64,000 bases of DNA from Raillietiella orientalis (taxonomy: Eukaryota), in assembly GCA_036172245.1 (NCBI GenBank), contig JAYWIR010000073.1:186001-250000 (forward strand). The letters run 5' to 3'. Position numbers and translations under genes: made by a program. The notes beneath the pieces were generated by a model that was given only the letters and a program-made list of their open reading frames with translations, was not told where the DNA came from and did no database searches. This document shows positions 26,207 through 37,325 of the stretch, piece by piece (position 1 is the first letter of the stretch; each line of letters opens with the position of its first letter).

Positions 26207-29200
26207 TGGGAACCGGACGAAGACGGGGCGAGAACAGAGGAGGAGAAATTTCACGCTCCGCGGACAGAGCGCGCTTCCGGCGTGCTTTGCGCGCGAACTG
26301 GCCGAGCGGCCATCTCCATCCGTATCCCTGGAGACGGAAGGGGAAAAATGAGCGAAGATGCGGGGAGAGAGAGAGGGGGAGAGGCGCACGCGGTCCTCCC
26401 TGTTGGCACAGAGAGTGCCGAGGGGGAGGCTGGGAACAGCTCTCTCGCAACTGTCTGGGGGAGCTGGTCGCGTTGGGCCGACTCCTCCTTTCCACCCCCC
26501 GCGGCCTTGCTCCGCTTCTGCAGGGAGCACGGCGCAGCGTCGGGTTCCCGTGTGCGCATGGCTGCTGCAAAGGTTCGCTGGCTCTCTGTTGTTCCGGTCG
26601 AGGCGCTCCGGTGGTGCCCTCGGGGAGAAGGCCGCGGTGCCGAGAGGCGAGGCGGACGCTCCTGTGGTGACCTCGAGCAGCGCGAGGAGGAGGCGAGGGT
26701 GCGCTACAGCAACGGCCCTGGTGGTCAGCACCCGGGTCCTGAGGAAACGTAGTAGGTAGGCGGGGTCAGGTCGCGAACGGGGACCCCCGAGGGCGGTTCT
26801 TCCTCATCCCGTCCGCTCTTGTGGTCCGCGTTCCCGTCTCCTCGGTTCCTGCTCTTCGTCCGATCCTCCGCCCTTCCTCTGTCCCGGCCCTTCCCGTGTT
26901 TCTTCTTCCACATCTGCTGCTGCTCCGCATGCTGACGCTTTCCGGTGCCTCGGGTGATTCCGGGCGCGCCCGGGTCGAGGAGACTCACCTCGAAAGACGA
27001 CATACGGTGGGTCCTCCGGCCGGGAGATCGGGCACCTTCTGCCGGGCTAGGATCGGAGGGGCGGCGGCGGGCCTCCTTGAGCCCCCTGCTTCTCAGCGGA
27101 AGACCAAGCCGGATCTATTCGTTGGCCGCGCAGCTCCCTTCCCTTCCCGCTTTTCTTTTCTGGGCCTCCGTCCCCGTCCGCTCCCCTCTCCCGTTGCTGC
27201 GGTCGCTCATGCGTGGCGCCAGGCGTCGCGGGTTCGAATCCCTCCCAGGGAGAAGGGTCGTGGATTTGCAGTCCCCCCCGCCAGATGACTGGTTGACCTG
27301 TGTGGGCTTAGGGAGTGGCGGAATTGGTGGTAGCAGCCGGATGCCCCCGTTGACCTGGCCCCGTGATTGAAGGTTGACCCTCGGGGGTCCCTCCAGGAAG
27401 TAGGGAGTCCAGTTCCCCTCCGATTATGCGAACAAAGCCTCCCTCCCCCTCCCTCGGGGGGCTCTTCCTCATGTTCCATGGAGCAAGTTGATGCCTTCCT
27501 CGGGGGTCGCCTCTCCAGACTGTCGAGAAGCTCCGGGAAGTGTCCCTTCGGGGTTCTCTACAAGGGAGGAAGCAGGAAGCTGTTTCCTAGCGGGTTCCCT
27601 CCGAGGAAGGAATGAAGGGCATCCCCCCGCAAACAGGGAGTCCCCTCGAAGAGAATAAGTGAGTTCCTCCGGGTTCCCTTCCAAACGTAAGAGGAACGTA
27701 TTCTTTTTCTCCAGGACCTTCCTGGATTCACAGGGTGGTCACTCCGGAGTCAGCCCCTGACTTGAAGGGCCACACGCGCCCTCCTATCCGGGCGTCAATC
27801 TCGGTCGCGTGCCCTCCCCGCCCTCTTCTCCACCCTCGCCGTCACGAGAACGCCCCTCCCCCTTCGTCCCCCTCGCTCTCCGTCTTTTGTTTTTCTTTCC
27901 CCCCTTCCCTTTTGTCCCCCTCGCTCCCTGCCGCTTGTCCTTCCCTCCCTCCTTTCCTGTCCGCTGCCGTCACCTTGTGGAGGTCAACTCGCGTCGCTTT
28001 TGCTTGCAGGACGGCGCGATGCTGAAGCCCACGGCCGTGAAAGCCGTCCCGAAGACGCGTTCTGGGGACAGCTCTGCGGGGGCGTCGTCGTACCACTCCT
28101 TTGCCAGTCAGTGGTGGCGCGCTGGTCCGCGGCCGCAGGCGCCGGCTCCCGTGCCGTAGGTGTCGTCGACATCCCCGCTGCCTTCCGGAACAGCCGGCCC
28201 CTCGGCGGCAGGCACTGCAGCAGCGTGGAGGACGTCTGCTGCCTCCCGTCGTCCCCGCCGCTGCAGCAGCAGCAGCGGCAGCGGCGGTCTCCTGACCGGA
28301 GAAGAGCCAGCCCCGTCTCCGATCTGGGCTGCTGTGGCCGCCCTTCCTCCTCTGCCTCCGCAGACCCTTGCGGACCCCTGGGCATTCCCTATCCGCCTGT
28401 CAACGCCAGATGCCGTCACCACCACCACCACCACCACCACAGCCACAGCCACAACCACAGCTACCACCTGGGCGGCTCCGCCAACAATGTCGCGGCGTCC
28501 TCGTCGTCTTCGCCGCCCACCTCGGATGCCTGCACACCGGAACGGGATCCTGGGGCCTCCGTGCTGCGCGACCGGGACCGCGAGATCGCCCGCTTGCGGC
28601 GGCTCCTAGAGCGCAACGAGAAGGTGCGCACCCCAAGACAGGAGGCGTGGAGGAACGCTTCCCCCCCCACCCCTTCCCCTTTTCCAGGCGCACGAGGAGA
28701 AACGCAAGTTGTGGGACCAGGAGCTGAGGAAGTTGCACGCCGCCTACGAGTCCAAGCTGAGGACCTGCCAGCAGAGGTCGCAGAAGGCAGAGCAGCTGCT
28801 GATGACGCAGGCGTACCAGGTGCGGTCTGTTTCCCCGCGCGACCCCACCTTCTCACCGAGGCGGCGCACTGTTGCAGTTCTTGCAAGACAAGCAGATGCT
28901 GGAGCAGAGCCTGGAGCGCATCCGGAAGAGCCACCAGGAGCTGGACGAGAAGTACAAGAAGCTCGCGCTGGACCACGGGACCCTGGAGGCGCAGCTGGAG
29001 GAGACCAGGTGGAGCGTCTGTGAGAAGGTGGGTCGCAGGCGCTTCCTCTTGCCCTCGGCGGCGCCCAGACTCCGCCCGCTACCCGGGAGTGACATCCCCT
29101 CGTGCGAGCCAGCGCAGAGGTCTCGTTTGCCACCGCCCCGCCCCTGATTACCCTTCTGATGGCTCCTGCGCGCTTTCCTTCTCTCGGCTTCGGTACCCCT

Positions 29201-30120
29201 TCTCTTTCCCTTCTCTTTTGCTTCCCCGCTTCCACCCGTGCCACCTTCGCTCCGTTCTTCAATTGGGGAACAGTGCACGCTTCGCCGGCGAAGCGCCCAA
29301 CGGATTTTTTTTTCTTACTTTTTTTTCTGGTTCCAACAAAGGAACTGCTGCTGTTGCTTTTGGTCTTTTGACCTCCGTCTTGCTGTTGCCTCGTCGTTCG
29401 TTCGTGCCTTTCTTTCTTCCTTCCTCTTCCTCCTCCTCCCCCCTTGCTCCTTCTCCCTTGCTCTTCGTTTCTGCCGCCCCCTGACCTCCTTCTCTTTGGA
29501 CAGGTCGGGGAGATCTCCCTGATGAAAAGCCAGCTCAAGGAGCTTCAGGACTGCAAGTCTTCTCGCGACCGGGAGCTTCTGGCGCTGAAGTCGCAGCAGC
29601 GGGAGGAGGCCTCTCGACACCAGCGGAGCGATGAGATGATCGCGGCCCTGCGGCAGGAGGTGGGTCCGTCTCCCTTCCCCCCTCCTTCCCTGCCCTCTTG
29701 TCCCACTTTTCGCTCCCCCTCTCCCTTTCCTTCCCTCGGTTCTTCCTCACCCAGGTGCATCCCCAGCTGAAGGACCGGGAGACGACCATCTGTGCTCTGG
29801 CACGGGCGGAGGGCGTGCTGGAGGGGGTCCCAGCGTCGTGCTCGGGCAGCACAGTGGAACGGCTGGCGGAGGCAGCCGAGGACCTGCAGCTGGCGCTGGC
29901 GGAGGCCAGGGAGGACGCGCTGCGCCAGAGGCGGACCTTCGCCGACGAGAAGCAGCGGGTCATCAGCTACCAGAAGAAGCTGCAGTCCGGCTACTGGACG
30001 GCGTGCCGCAGGAACGCCGCCCTCGAGAGGGAACTGCGCACCCTCAGGCGCCGCCTGCCGGCGGACGACGGCAGCATCGCCCGTCCCTCGGAAACCCCGC
30101 CTCTGCTCTCCTCCTTGTGA
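25277..30120 (+). CDS. LZTS: LZTS/Fez1-family (leucine zipper putative tumour suppressor-like) protein, ~517 aa, 7 coding exons
   Basis: Exons 25277-25465, 28010-28106, 28160-28623, 28688-28819, 28878-29027, 29504-29659 and 29755-30120 are all GT-AG and in frame. An alternative in-frame acceptor at 29767 is possible. Family motifs: PPRIAPVGGVVDK|DGAMLKPTAVKAVP (cf. PPKLxPVSGKLEK..IRPTAFKPV), EEKRKLWDQELRKL, LEETRWSVCEK|VGEISLMKSQLKE, and C-terminal FADEKQRVISYQKKLQSGY..RRNAALEREL. An acceptor at 25260-25261 implies an upstream non-coding exon. Confidence 0.9.
27195..27760 (+). mobile_element. tRNA-derived SINE-like copy in LZTS intron 1
   Basis: B-box GGTTCGAATCC at 27231-27241 and terminal motif CCTTCCTGGATTCACAGGG at 27717-27735. 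Spacing matches the 15.2-kb copy, in opposite orientation. Confidence 0.7.
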
Positions 30121-30182
30121 GCACCGGCTCCCAAACCAAGTCTACATTCTCCCACTGTCCTAAAGAGTCTCCCTCCATTCTG

Positions 30183-30188
30183 AATAAA
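30183..30188 (+). terminator. Polyadenylation signal of the LZTS-like gene
   Basis: AATAAA ~60 nt after the TGA. Confidence 0.6.
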
Positions 30189-32609
30189 CGTGACCGGTCT
30201 GCAGGTCGTGGGGCCGACAGAAGAAGGGGGATGGCCGCCTCCTATACGGAGGTCAGGGAAGCGAGGAGAGAGATGAGGGAGTAGGAGGTGACAGAGGATG
30301 GCCCAGCCAGACCACGCTGGAGGTGCAGGAAGGGGAGGTTGGCTCGAACTGCCGTCACCCCGGAGACCGGTGGCGTCTGCGGCCGCCATCCTCGTGGCTA
30401 GCGCAGCACCCTCGTGCTCGACTTCGGAAGATCTTGGGGACAGGTCTGTCGCAGCGCTCCGGGAACAGGCGATGAAGTTCTTCCTTCCAAGGGTCCAGGC
30501 TTCTGTGGAACTCTTCTGCGTCTCCGCTCCTCCTTTCGGTCGGTACACCCCCATTCGTAACCGCTGATGCTGTGGCTCATTTCGCGCTCAAAGGAAATGC
30601 GGCACTGTGGCGACTGTTCCTCTCTGCACTGCGTCGGGAGAACTCGGCTCCAATCCGGGCGCGGAGGACCGGGTGGGACACAAAAGTGCCAGTTAGGAGC
30701 ACGCCCTTCCCCTTTCGGACGAGTAGGACGATCCGTGTCGAAGCCCTAGGCAAAGTTCCGGATTGTGACCTGCGCGCAAGGGTGCCAGAATCTCGGGCGT
30801 TTTTCTCGCGTCCACTGAGCCGTGGAAAAGCGCGCGGAACGGTGGGAGCACAGCCTGGAGCGGCAAAGCGAATTGCTCCCTCACCCCAAGACCAAGAATG
30901 ATCTTTGCTCCACCAGGTAAAGGTGGTATGGGACTGTTGGTAAATTCCTCATGGTGTTTTCATTTCCCTTGGGCAAAGCGGCTCCGCGTAGCGAAGAAGT
31001 TTCTGTTACGGAACCAACTCTGCTGGATGCCTGGGGCGCTGAGTCAGCAAAGTGTAAAGATCGCGGATGACTGAATTTCTAATCAAGCTATGCACCCAAG
31101 CGTGGGGAAGCTGCGGTGGACCCGCTCGGCGTGCGACACCTCAGCCGGTCCGCACCCTATGGCCAGTCATCGCACGATTTCGGGCTCCAGTCGCTGGTCA
31201 GCACCTCTGCTACCTCCGTCTACTGCTCTCAATAGCCAAGTCCAGGGTCTGCGTCCAGAACAACCAAAAAGGCGACACGATGGAACTTCCTTACGTTTCT
31301 TATGTTGAGGAGGGTTCGCTTGATTCGTTGGGGAAGAACTCGCGAGTTGCTTGCCATCTGCAGGAAACCATGGGAATCTACAGGAGTGGGAGTTTATGCT
31401 TCCAGTGGAGCGTGTTCTTCGGACCGCAGGAGCACCATAAAGAGAGTGCCATAGGGGAAAAAAAGTCTCTCTTCGTTATCCCGGTGACGGGGGAGCTGCA
31501 GCGTAGGAATGTTCTGCTTGAATGCTTGCCGTAACTCGTGGAACCAGGCAGTTTGCCATCTCCCCTGCAGATGGCAGAAGTTCCTCTGAGTGGGCTGTCC
31601 CTCGAGTCGAGCGAGTCACGCGGCAGCGTCAGGCCAACTTCCTCCAGCCCTTCTCCCACTCCTCATCCTGGGCCAGTCCCTCCTTCTGACTTCCGTGCCC
31701 GCTGAGAATGGAAAGGAAAGATGTATACTTTCTCCAGAAGAAGAAGAGTCTCTTCTTCTGGAGGATGGCGTTTCTGTCTGTCGCAAAGCCCCACGGGCAT
31801 CGCTGCCACCAAACGTGTGCCCGTTGAATCCACCCTCCCACATCTCGACAGGAACCCTTATCGCTTTCAGCATCAGCACTCCCTCTGAAGGGAGCGCGGC
31901 GGGGAGGCACCTGGCGCAGGGCATACCAGGCCACCCTATCGCAGGGACGTAAAGACTCCAGACGATCGTCTGAAATCTTTTCGCTCCTGCGAAAATCAGA
32001 CGGCTGTCAGTGTTAGTTTGACAGGCCGTCAAGCGAGGTCGCTGGTGGTCGGACACCGCCTGCATGCCCAACCGGAACCACCGCCTGCTTCGCGCGCGCT
32101 CGCGAACGCCCAAGCAGGGCAACGCCCGCCGCCGCTCGCACCCGACCCTCGGGCCCGTTCGTGCGCGCGCTCCCAGTACGCACGCCTACGTCCCTCAAGG
32201 CCTCTCCCGTGTCATCCTCCGAGGAGCCAAGGGTGAACTGGCTCTTCTGCCGGTCCTCGAGTGGACCTGTCCCCTGGGCCTTCTTGCTGCACGCTCTTGA
32301 AGTCTTGCCGCGCTTCCTCCTTCCAGCCACAGAGATGCTCCGGGGACTGAGAGTTCCCGGCGGAGGAAGCGCCACCCAGCTGATCCTCGCCGGCCGGTGT
32401 TCCGTCCTGCGTGCGCTTCCCGCTCAGTGGCCGCCAACTTCAACGTCCTCGAAAGTCCGACAGCGTGGACAGCAGAATATCTTCGTCGAAGGCCTTCGCG
32501 GGCCTTGCAGGTCGGCAGTCCTCCAGCAGCTTGAAAGGGAGGAGGCGAGGAGCACCCATCTCCCAGCTGCCCAGCACAAAGTCTCTTCAAGCTAGAGGTG
32601 ATCAGGGAA

Positions 32610-32730
32610 GAGACTACCCTATGAATCCAGGAAGGGCTCCGAAGAAGCAGTCCGTTCCTTTCTGACCTTTAGGGGGGCATCCCGAAGGAATTGCTATTAC
32701 CGGTTGTCCCCGAATCCCACAGGGACACGT
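32610..32730 (-). mobile_element. 3' fragment of the SINE-like family
   Basis: Exact CCCTATGAATCCAGGAAGGGCTCC at 32617, followed by a diverged body. Confidence 0.7.
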
Positions 32731-34774
32731 CGGGTCGTTCATTAAAATTCTAAAGAAAATAAAAAATTGGGGTAAGACGCGTGGTCCGAGCACCTTCCGT
32801 TTGTCCGCGGACCTTCCGGGTCGCCGGTATACGCAGACCGGAGAGGGTCATCTCGACAGCGGAAAGGGACGGGAGAAAAGAAAAAAAAGTAATCTTTTGG
32901 AGGGTCGGAAAGGGACCAATGTCCACGGAGGCAGTCCTCTGCATCCTTTCTAGGTCCGTACGAATGGGTACCAGTTCAGGTGGAGCCAGCCGGCCGCTCT
33001 TTTCAGGAGGCGGACTGCGGATGCACGGCGTCCTTCCCGTTTTTTCCTCGGTCGGTTTTGTTCCAGGCCTCCGCAATCCCGCGGATGCAGCTGCTGGAGC
33101 TGCGGCTGGATGCAGGGCGTCTTACACGAAGGGGAGCCGTAAAGCGTCCTTGGGGGGTGCCAACCGGGATCCAGAGGGTCGTTGAGAAAGGTTTCCATAG
33201 GGGCCGAAGGGCAACGCAGTCCACGAGCAGGTGCAGGAGGAATTCTCGTTCCCCTTACCTGCGATGGTCCGGGCTTGCCCTCCCCAGAGTCCAATGGTGT
33301 CTGCGCGCGTTGCAGGGGAAGTCCCAGTGCAATAGCAGAAGTGCCGACTCCAACCAGTTCAGGGGGATGGAGCTGCTTTCTTGAACGCTGGAGGCCAGGT
33401 TTACTCTGGGAACACCGAGCAGCTCGCCCCAGAGCTGTAGTCCTCTCGGAAGGGCACTCGGGGTCGCAGCATCCGCCAGTTGCCTTATGGTCCAAGCACT
33501 CATCCTCTTCTGTCTGTCTGCAATCTCGCAGGAGACTCCACATCTCGCCGGTTGGCCACTGCTATTCACCTCCCTCAGGGAGGGCAGAGTTGCTTGCAGT
33601 TCACCTCTGCTCGCAGGGTGCGTCCGAGTTCGTAGGGAGTTCCGGCAGAGGGAGCGGCTGCTCCTGCGGTGGCGTCTTCGGTTGCCGGGACGTGCTCGAT
33701 GATCACCCTGCATTTCCGGATTTTCCCACACCTATGGCTTTCTTTTTTCTTCGCAGGAGATTAATTTCTCCGTTTCTTCCTGCTTTCTCTTCCTCTTGGA
33801 TGCCACCAGCTGCCAGTCCTCTTCCGTGTCAGCTACCTCGGAAATCTGCGCTACAGACTTCTTCCGCTCGTATTGGGACTTTGGCCAATAATGTCGTCCG
33901 TCCTTCTCCTCCAGTGTCCCTTGCCTCCAGAAAGGCGGTACTGGATGCCCGGACACCTGTTTTTTGGACGTTCAGTGACGTCACTGCTCTGGACGTCACG
34001 TCTCTGCTATGGGACCTGAGCTTCATCCCCACGTACCAGAGATCGCTCAGCCCATTGCCTATTTTCAGCTTGCGGGGGAGCCCATTGCTCTCCTTTCCCG
34101 TGATGGGCGCTGCGGCCAGCCCTCTCCCCGAAGTCCTCGAAGGGGCTGGGCTTGGCTCGCGGCGTGCCGCGATGCCACGTTTTCCTAGCTCCGCGTGCAC
34201 CACGTCCTTGGGCTTGCGGGGCGCGATGCCTGTGAGGTGGGCCATTACGGAGCGGTCCTCCGTCGCTGGGAAGATCTCGCGGTCTTTTACCGCGAGTGGG
34301 GTCGTTGCAAACAGCTCTGCGTTCTTGCAGGTCAGCTCAGCGTGCTGGCCTCCCGCTTCGTGTGGGAGGGTCTTCCAGGTCTCCCTCTGGGATACTTGAA
34401 CTGCGCAGCTGGGTCCCCCCCCCCCCGCGGAGGAGTGCGCTCAGTGCTTTCCTCAAAGGGACCATCTGCCTTGTGGATCAGGGAGTGCTTGTCGCCCTGG
34501 GCCCGTTGGGCATTCGATTTGGCCGTGGCTGCCACTGATGGTGCTGCAGCCATGGAGCTCCCTTTCCTCGCTCCCGTGGGGGCCGACACCCTCAGTCCCA
34601 TTGCTTCGGGTGAGGAATTGGCCTCCCCTCCCCCAACATCCTTCACGATGCCCTCAGGCATGGCTGTCATGTGGACACCGTCTATGCGCCACTACGCAAA
34701 CACCAAGGGAAAAAGCCCGCAACTTCAGGCCAGACGGTGCACCGAAGAAGCGCGCCCGTACCGTGTGGGTGTTT

Positions 34775-35330
34775 ACGAAGGGAACCCGGAAGGGAACCAC
34801 CTCTTGTTCCCTCCAGAGGTAGCCCCGGGAAGGATCCGCTTCTGTTTCCTCCTCTGAAGAGACCCTCGAGGGGACGCTTCCCGATTTCCTCTGAAGGTTC
34901 GCTCCCCGAAGGGAGCAGCGCGCTTCTTGACACTCTAAGGGGGCAATCCCCGTGAGGGGTAGCAACCAGCTCCATGGAGCGCGATGGAGGGCCACCAGAA
35001 GGAAAAGACGGCCCATTTTCACAACCAGAGGAGAATCCCGAAGGCCTCCTTGGTTCCTGAGAGGACTCCAGAGGGTTAACTTACAATCCTGCGGCCAGGT
35101 CCACGGGGGGCATCCTCTTTACGGTTGCTTCCAACCAGTGCCGCACCCAAAGCCAACCGAGGGGCCAAGTAGCGTCGTTCTGCTGGGGGAGAGGGGGGGG
35201 GGACTCGAAATCCACGATGCACCCCCTCCCCCTTTTCTCGGAGTCGATCTTTCCCTCCCAGGCAGGATTCGAACCCGGGACCACTCGGTGTCACTCGCGG
35301 GCTCAAATCTCTGGTTGAGGGCGCCACCAT
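34775..35330 (-). mobile_element. tRNA-derived SINE-like copy lacking the terminal motif
   Basis: B-box GGTTCGAATCC on the minus strand at 35265-35275. Body (GAAGGGAGCAGCG.GCTTCTT, CCAGCTCCATGG) is shared with the 11.9-kb and 15.2-kb copies. Confidence 0.75.
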
Positions 35331-36829
35331 CTTCTCAGCTTCTTCGGCATTTCCCCGTACCTCCGTTTTTTCTTCTCTTCTCTTCTCTTCTGGAGGCGTT
35401 GCCGAATGCGCTCCGCTCTCAATGGACCGCGAAACCTCTTCCTTTCGGCGAGCAGCCAGATCGATGGTCATCCGCGCTTCTGAGTGTCATCCCTCCCCGA
35501 TCGCAGATCGAACAGTGATCGAACACTCTTCTTCCTGGTCATCGAAAGGGAAACCAAGTCGCAAACTGTCTCTCCTGGTCCTCCACAAGCTCCTGGCAGA
35601 AGGGACTCCTTCTCCCGTTCCATGTACACCTCCTCGAGGGAGGAAAGATCGGGCGGGAGCCGCTCTTTTCTTCCTTCGAGGATTAGCCTTCGCCCTCGGC
35701 GGCCCCGCGACCCGCTCCAGAAGCCGATGCTTCGAGTCGGTGGCGCTGACCTTCCTGGGTGGCAAGTTCTTTCCCGCTCATTGAAAGACGTTGCCGCTCC
35801 GCAACACCTCAGGGGCTCAAGTTGCACTCTGAGCTGACCCTTCCAGACTTGAGGTGTCAGACTTGTCGTGGTTCACTGAGCGCCACGCCGAAGCATCATC
35901 GACGAAGCGACTCACGGTGGACTCCCGTGGGGCTTCCGCGAAAGAGGAGTCCGCAATTCTCACGAGAGACGCGGTGGGCTCGGGTGATGCATCTCAGGGA
36001 TCTCTGGAGCCGTGGCGCCCGAGAACCTGTGCCTTGTTGAGGAACGGCAGACTGCAGCATGTGCAGAGGGACGCCCTCCTTGGCAGAGCACAGGGAAACC
36101 GCGACGGAGGAGGACACGGAGCGGGGCGCGGACGAAAATCATCGACCGAGGTTGCGAGGGGAACGCACTTTCACCTTCTCCGCACGACACGGCTTGCCGT
36201 CTCCCTGATGGCAACGAAACGTGGAGGGGAGGGGAGGTTCATCGATTTGTATCAGGAACGAAGTGAAAGTCATGCGGCCGGGGGAGGTTCGAAGACAGGA
36301 ACCGAACTGCGGATGACCATATGAATTAATAACAATCTCCACGGTTACGGTTGGAAGAAGACCGACCTGAAGAAGGATCTCCGATGGGAGAAGCGAAAAC
36401 TCGCAACCGACTGTCTGACAAAAAAACTGTCTGCGATTCAGTACTTTCTAATTAACACGACTTCTTTCTTGAGCGTCTTTAATTTGCGAGCCGAATTGTG
36501 CTCGATGATTCGAAGCTCAGAAAAGAACAGAATAAGAACCCTAGAGCGACATAATAGCACACACACGCACGTACACATGCACACTTAAAGCGGCGAAAGA
36601 ACGCGTGCCATAGATTTCGTCATCCAGATGCAAGAGGCAGTAACATGGAGATCATGTAACTGAAATACATATGGAGGCAATAAAACAGAGTGGCTGTAGC
36701 TGTAGTTGAATCGCTGTAGTCAGTTCCCTGTTGTTCGTGGATGAGCGTTTTGAAAGATTTTGTTTAAAACGTATCCGTGAATCAAATATAGAAGAAAAAT
36801 CATCAGTGTAAGTTTTCAAGTTTAGCAAA

Positions 36830-37235
36830 ATTCACACACACATATATATATACATACATAATCGCTCTCTCCTCTCTCTCTCTCTCTCACACACTACATA
36901 TGTATGCACATTGCTCGCAAGATATATCTAATTATTTATCTTTATATATATAGATATCCATCTATATCTGCATCTGTACGTGTATCTATATCTATATTGT
37001 ATCTGTATCTGTATCTGTACGTGTATGCGTATGTGTATGTATATCTGTATGTATGCCTGTATGTGCATGTGCGTGCGTATGTGTGTGTGTATGTATATCT
37101 GTATCCATATCTATATCTACATACACAGTATGTATGTCTATATATACATATGTTTCTCTCTTTCTCTCTCTCTCTCTGTATATTGCTAGTAATTTATTAG
37201 TAGAAATATATGTATATATATATGTATCTTTCTCT
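36830..37235. repeat. Compound AT-rich microsatellite tract (CA, TA, CT, TATCTG, TATG)
   Basis: Low-complexity dinucleotide to hexanucleotide repeats are directly visible. Confidence 0.9.
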
Positions 37236-37325
37236 CAATTCAAAAGGGGCAACCCTGACGAAGTCATGCCCGTGCGTCGCTAGCTGGCGGGTTCGTAGGC
37301 TGACAGGTGAGCCTAGGAGGCAGCG

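Larger units (their letters stand above)
32000..35480 (-). pseudogene. Spliced gene-like remnant with a disrupted frame (pseudogene or lncRNA), product unknown
   Basis: Phase-0 compatible junctions: donor GAG|GTACGG at 35361, acceptor TAG| at 34691, donor CAG|GTAAGG at 33259, acceptor TAG| at 32591. SINE copies fall inside the two predicted introns. The 1.4-kb middle exon has an apparent frameshift at a long G run (~34420) and four same-frame stops (33829, 33703, 33601, 33562). Outer boundaries are uncertain. Confidence 0.4.

Noticed and set aside
28000..29484. 494-aa ORF as a single-exon gene
   Set aside because: Only 28160-28623 is in the LZTS frame; the rest reads through introns and out-of-frame exons.
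33562..33831. Selenocysteine or stop-codon reassignment to explain the in-frame TGAs
   Set aside because: A TAG and a frameshift are also present, neighbouring genes use TGA and TAG as true stops, and I recognised no SECIS.
33182..34399. 405-aa plus-strand ORF
   Set aside because: No recognisable motifs. It mirrors the minus-strand exon-like frame, as expected for an antisense shadow in GC-rich DNA.
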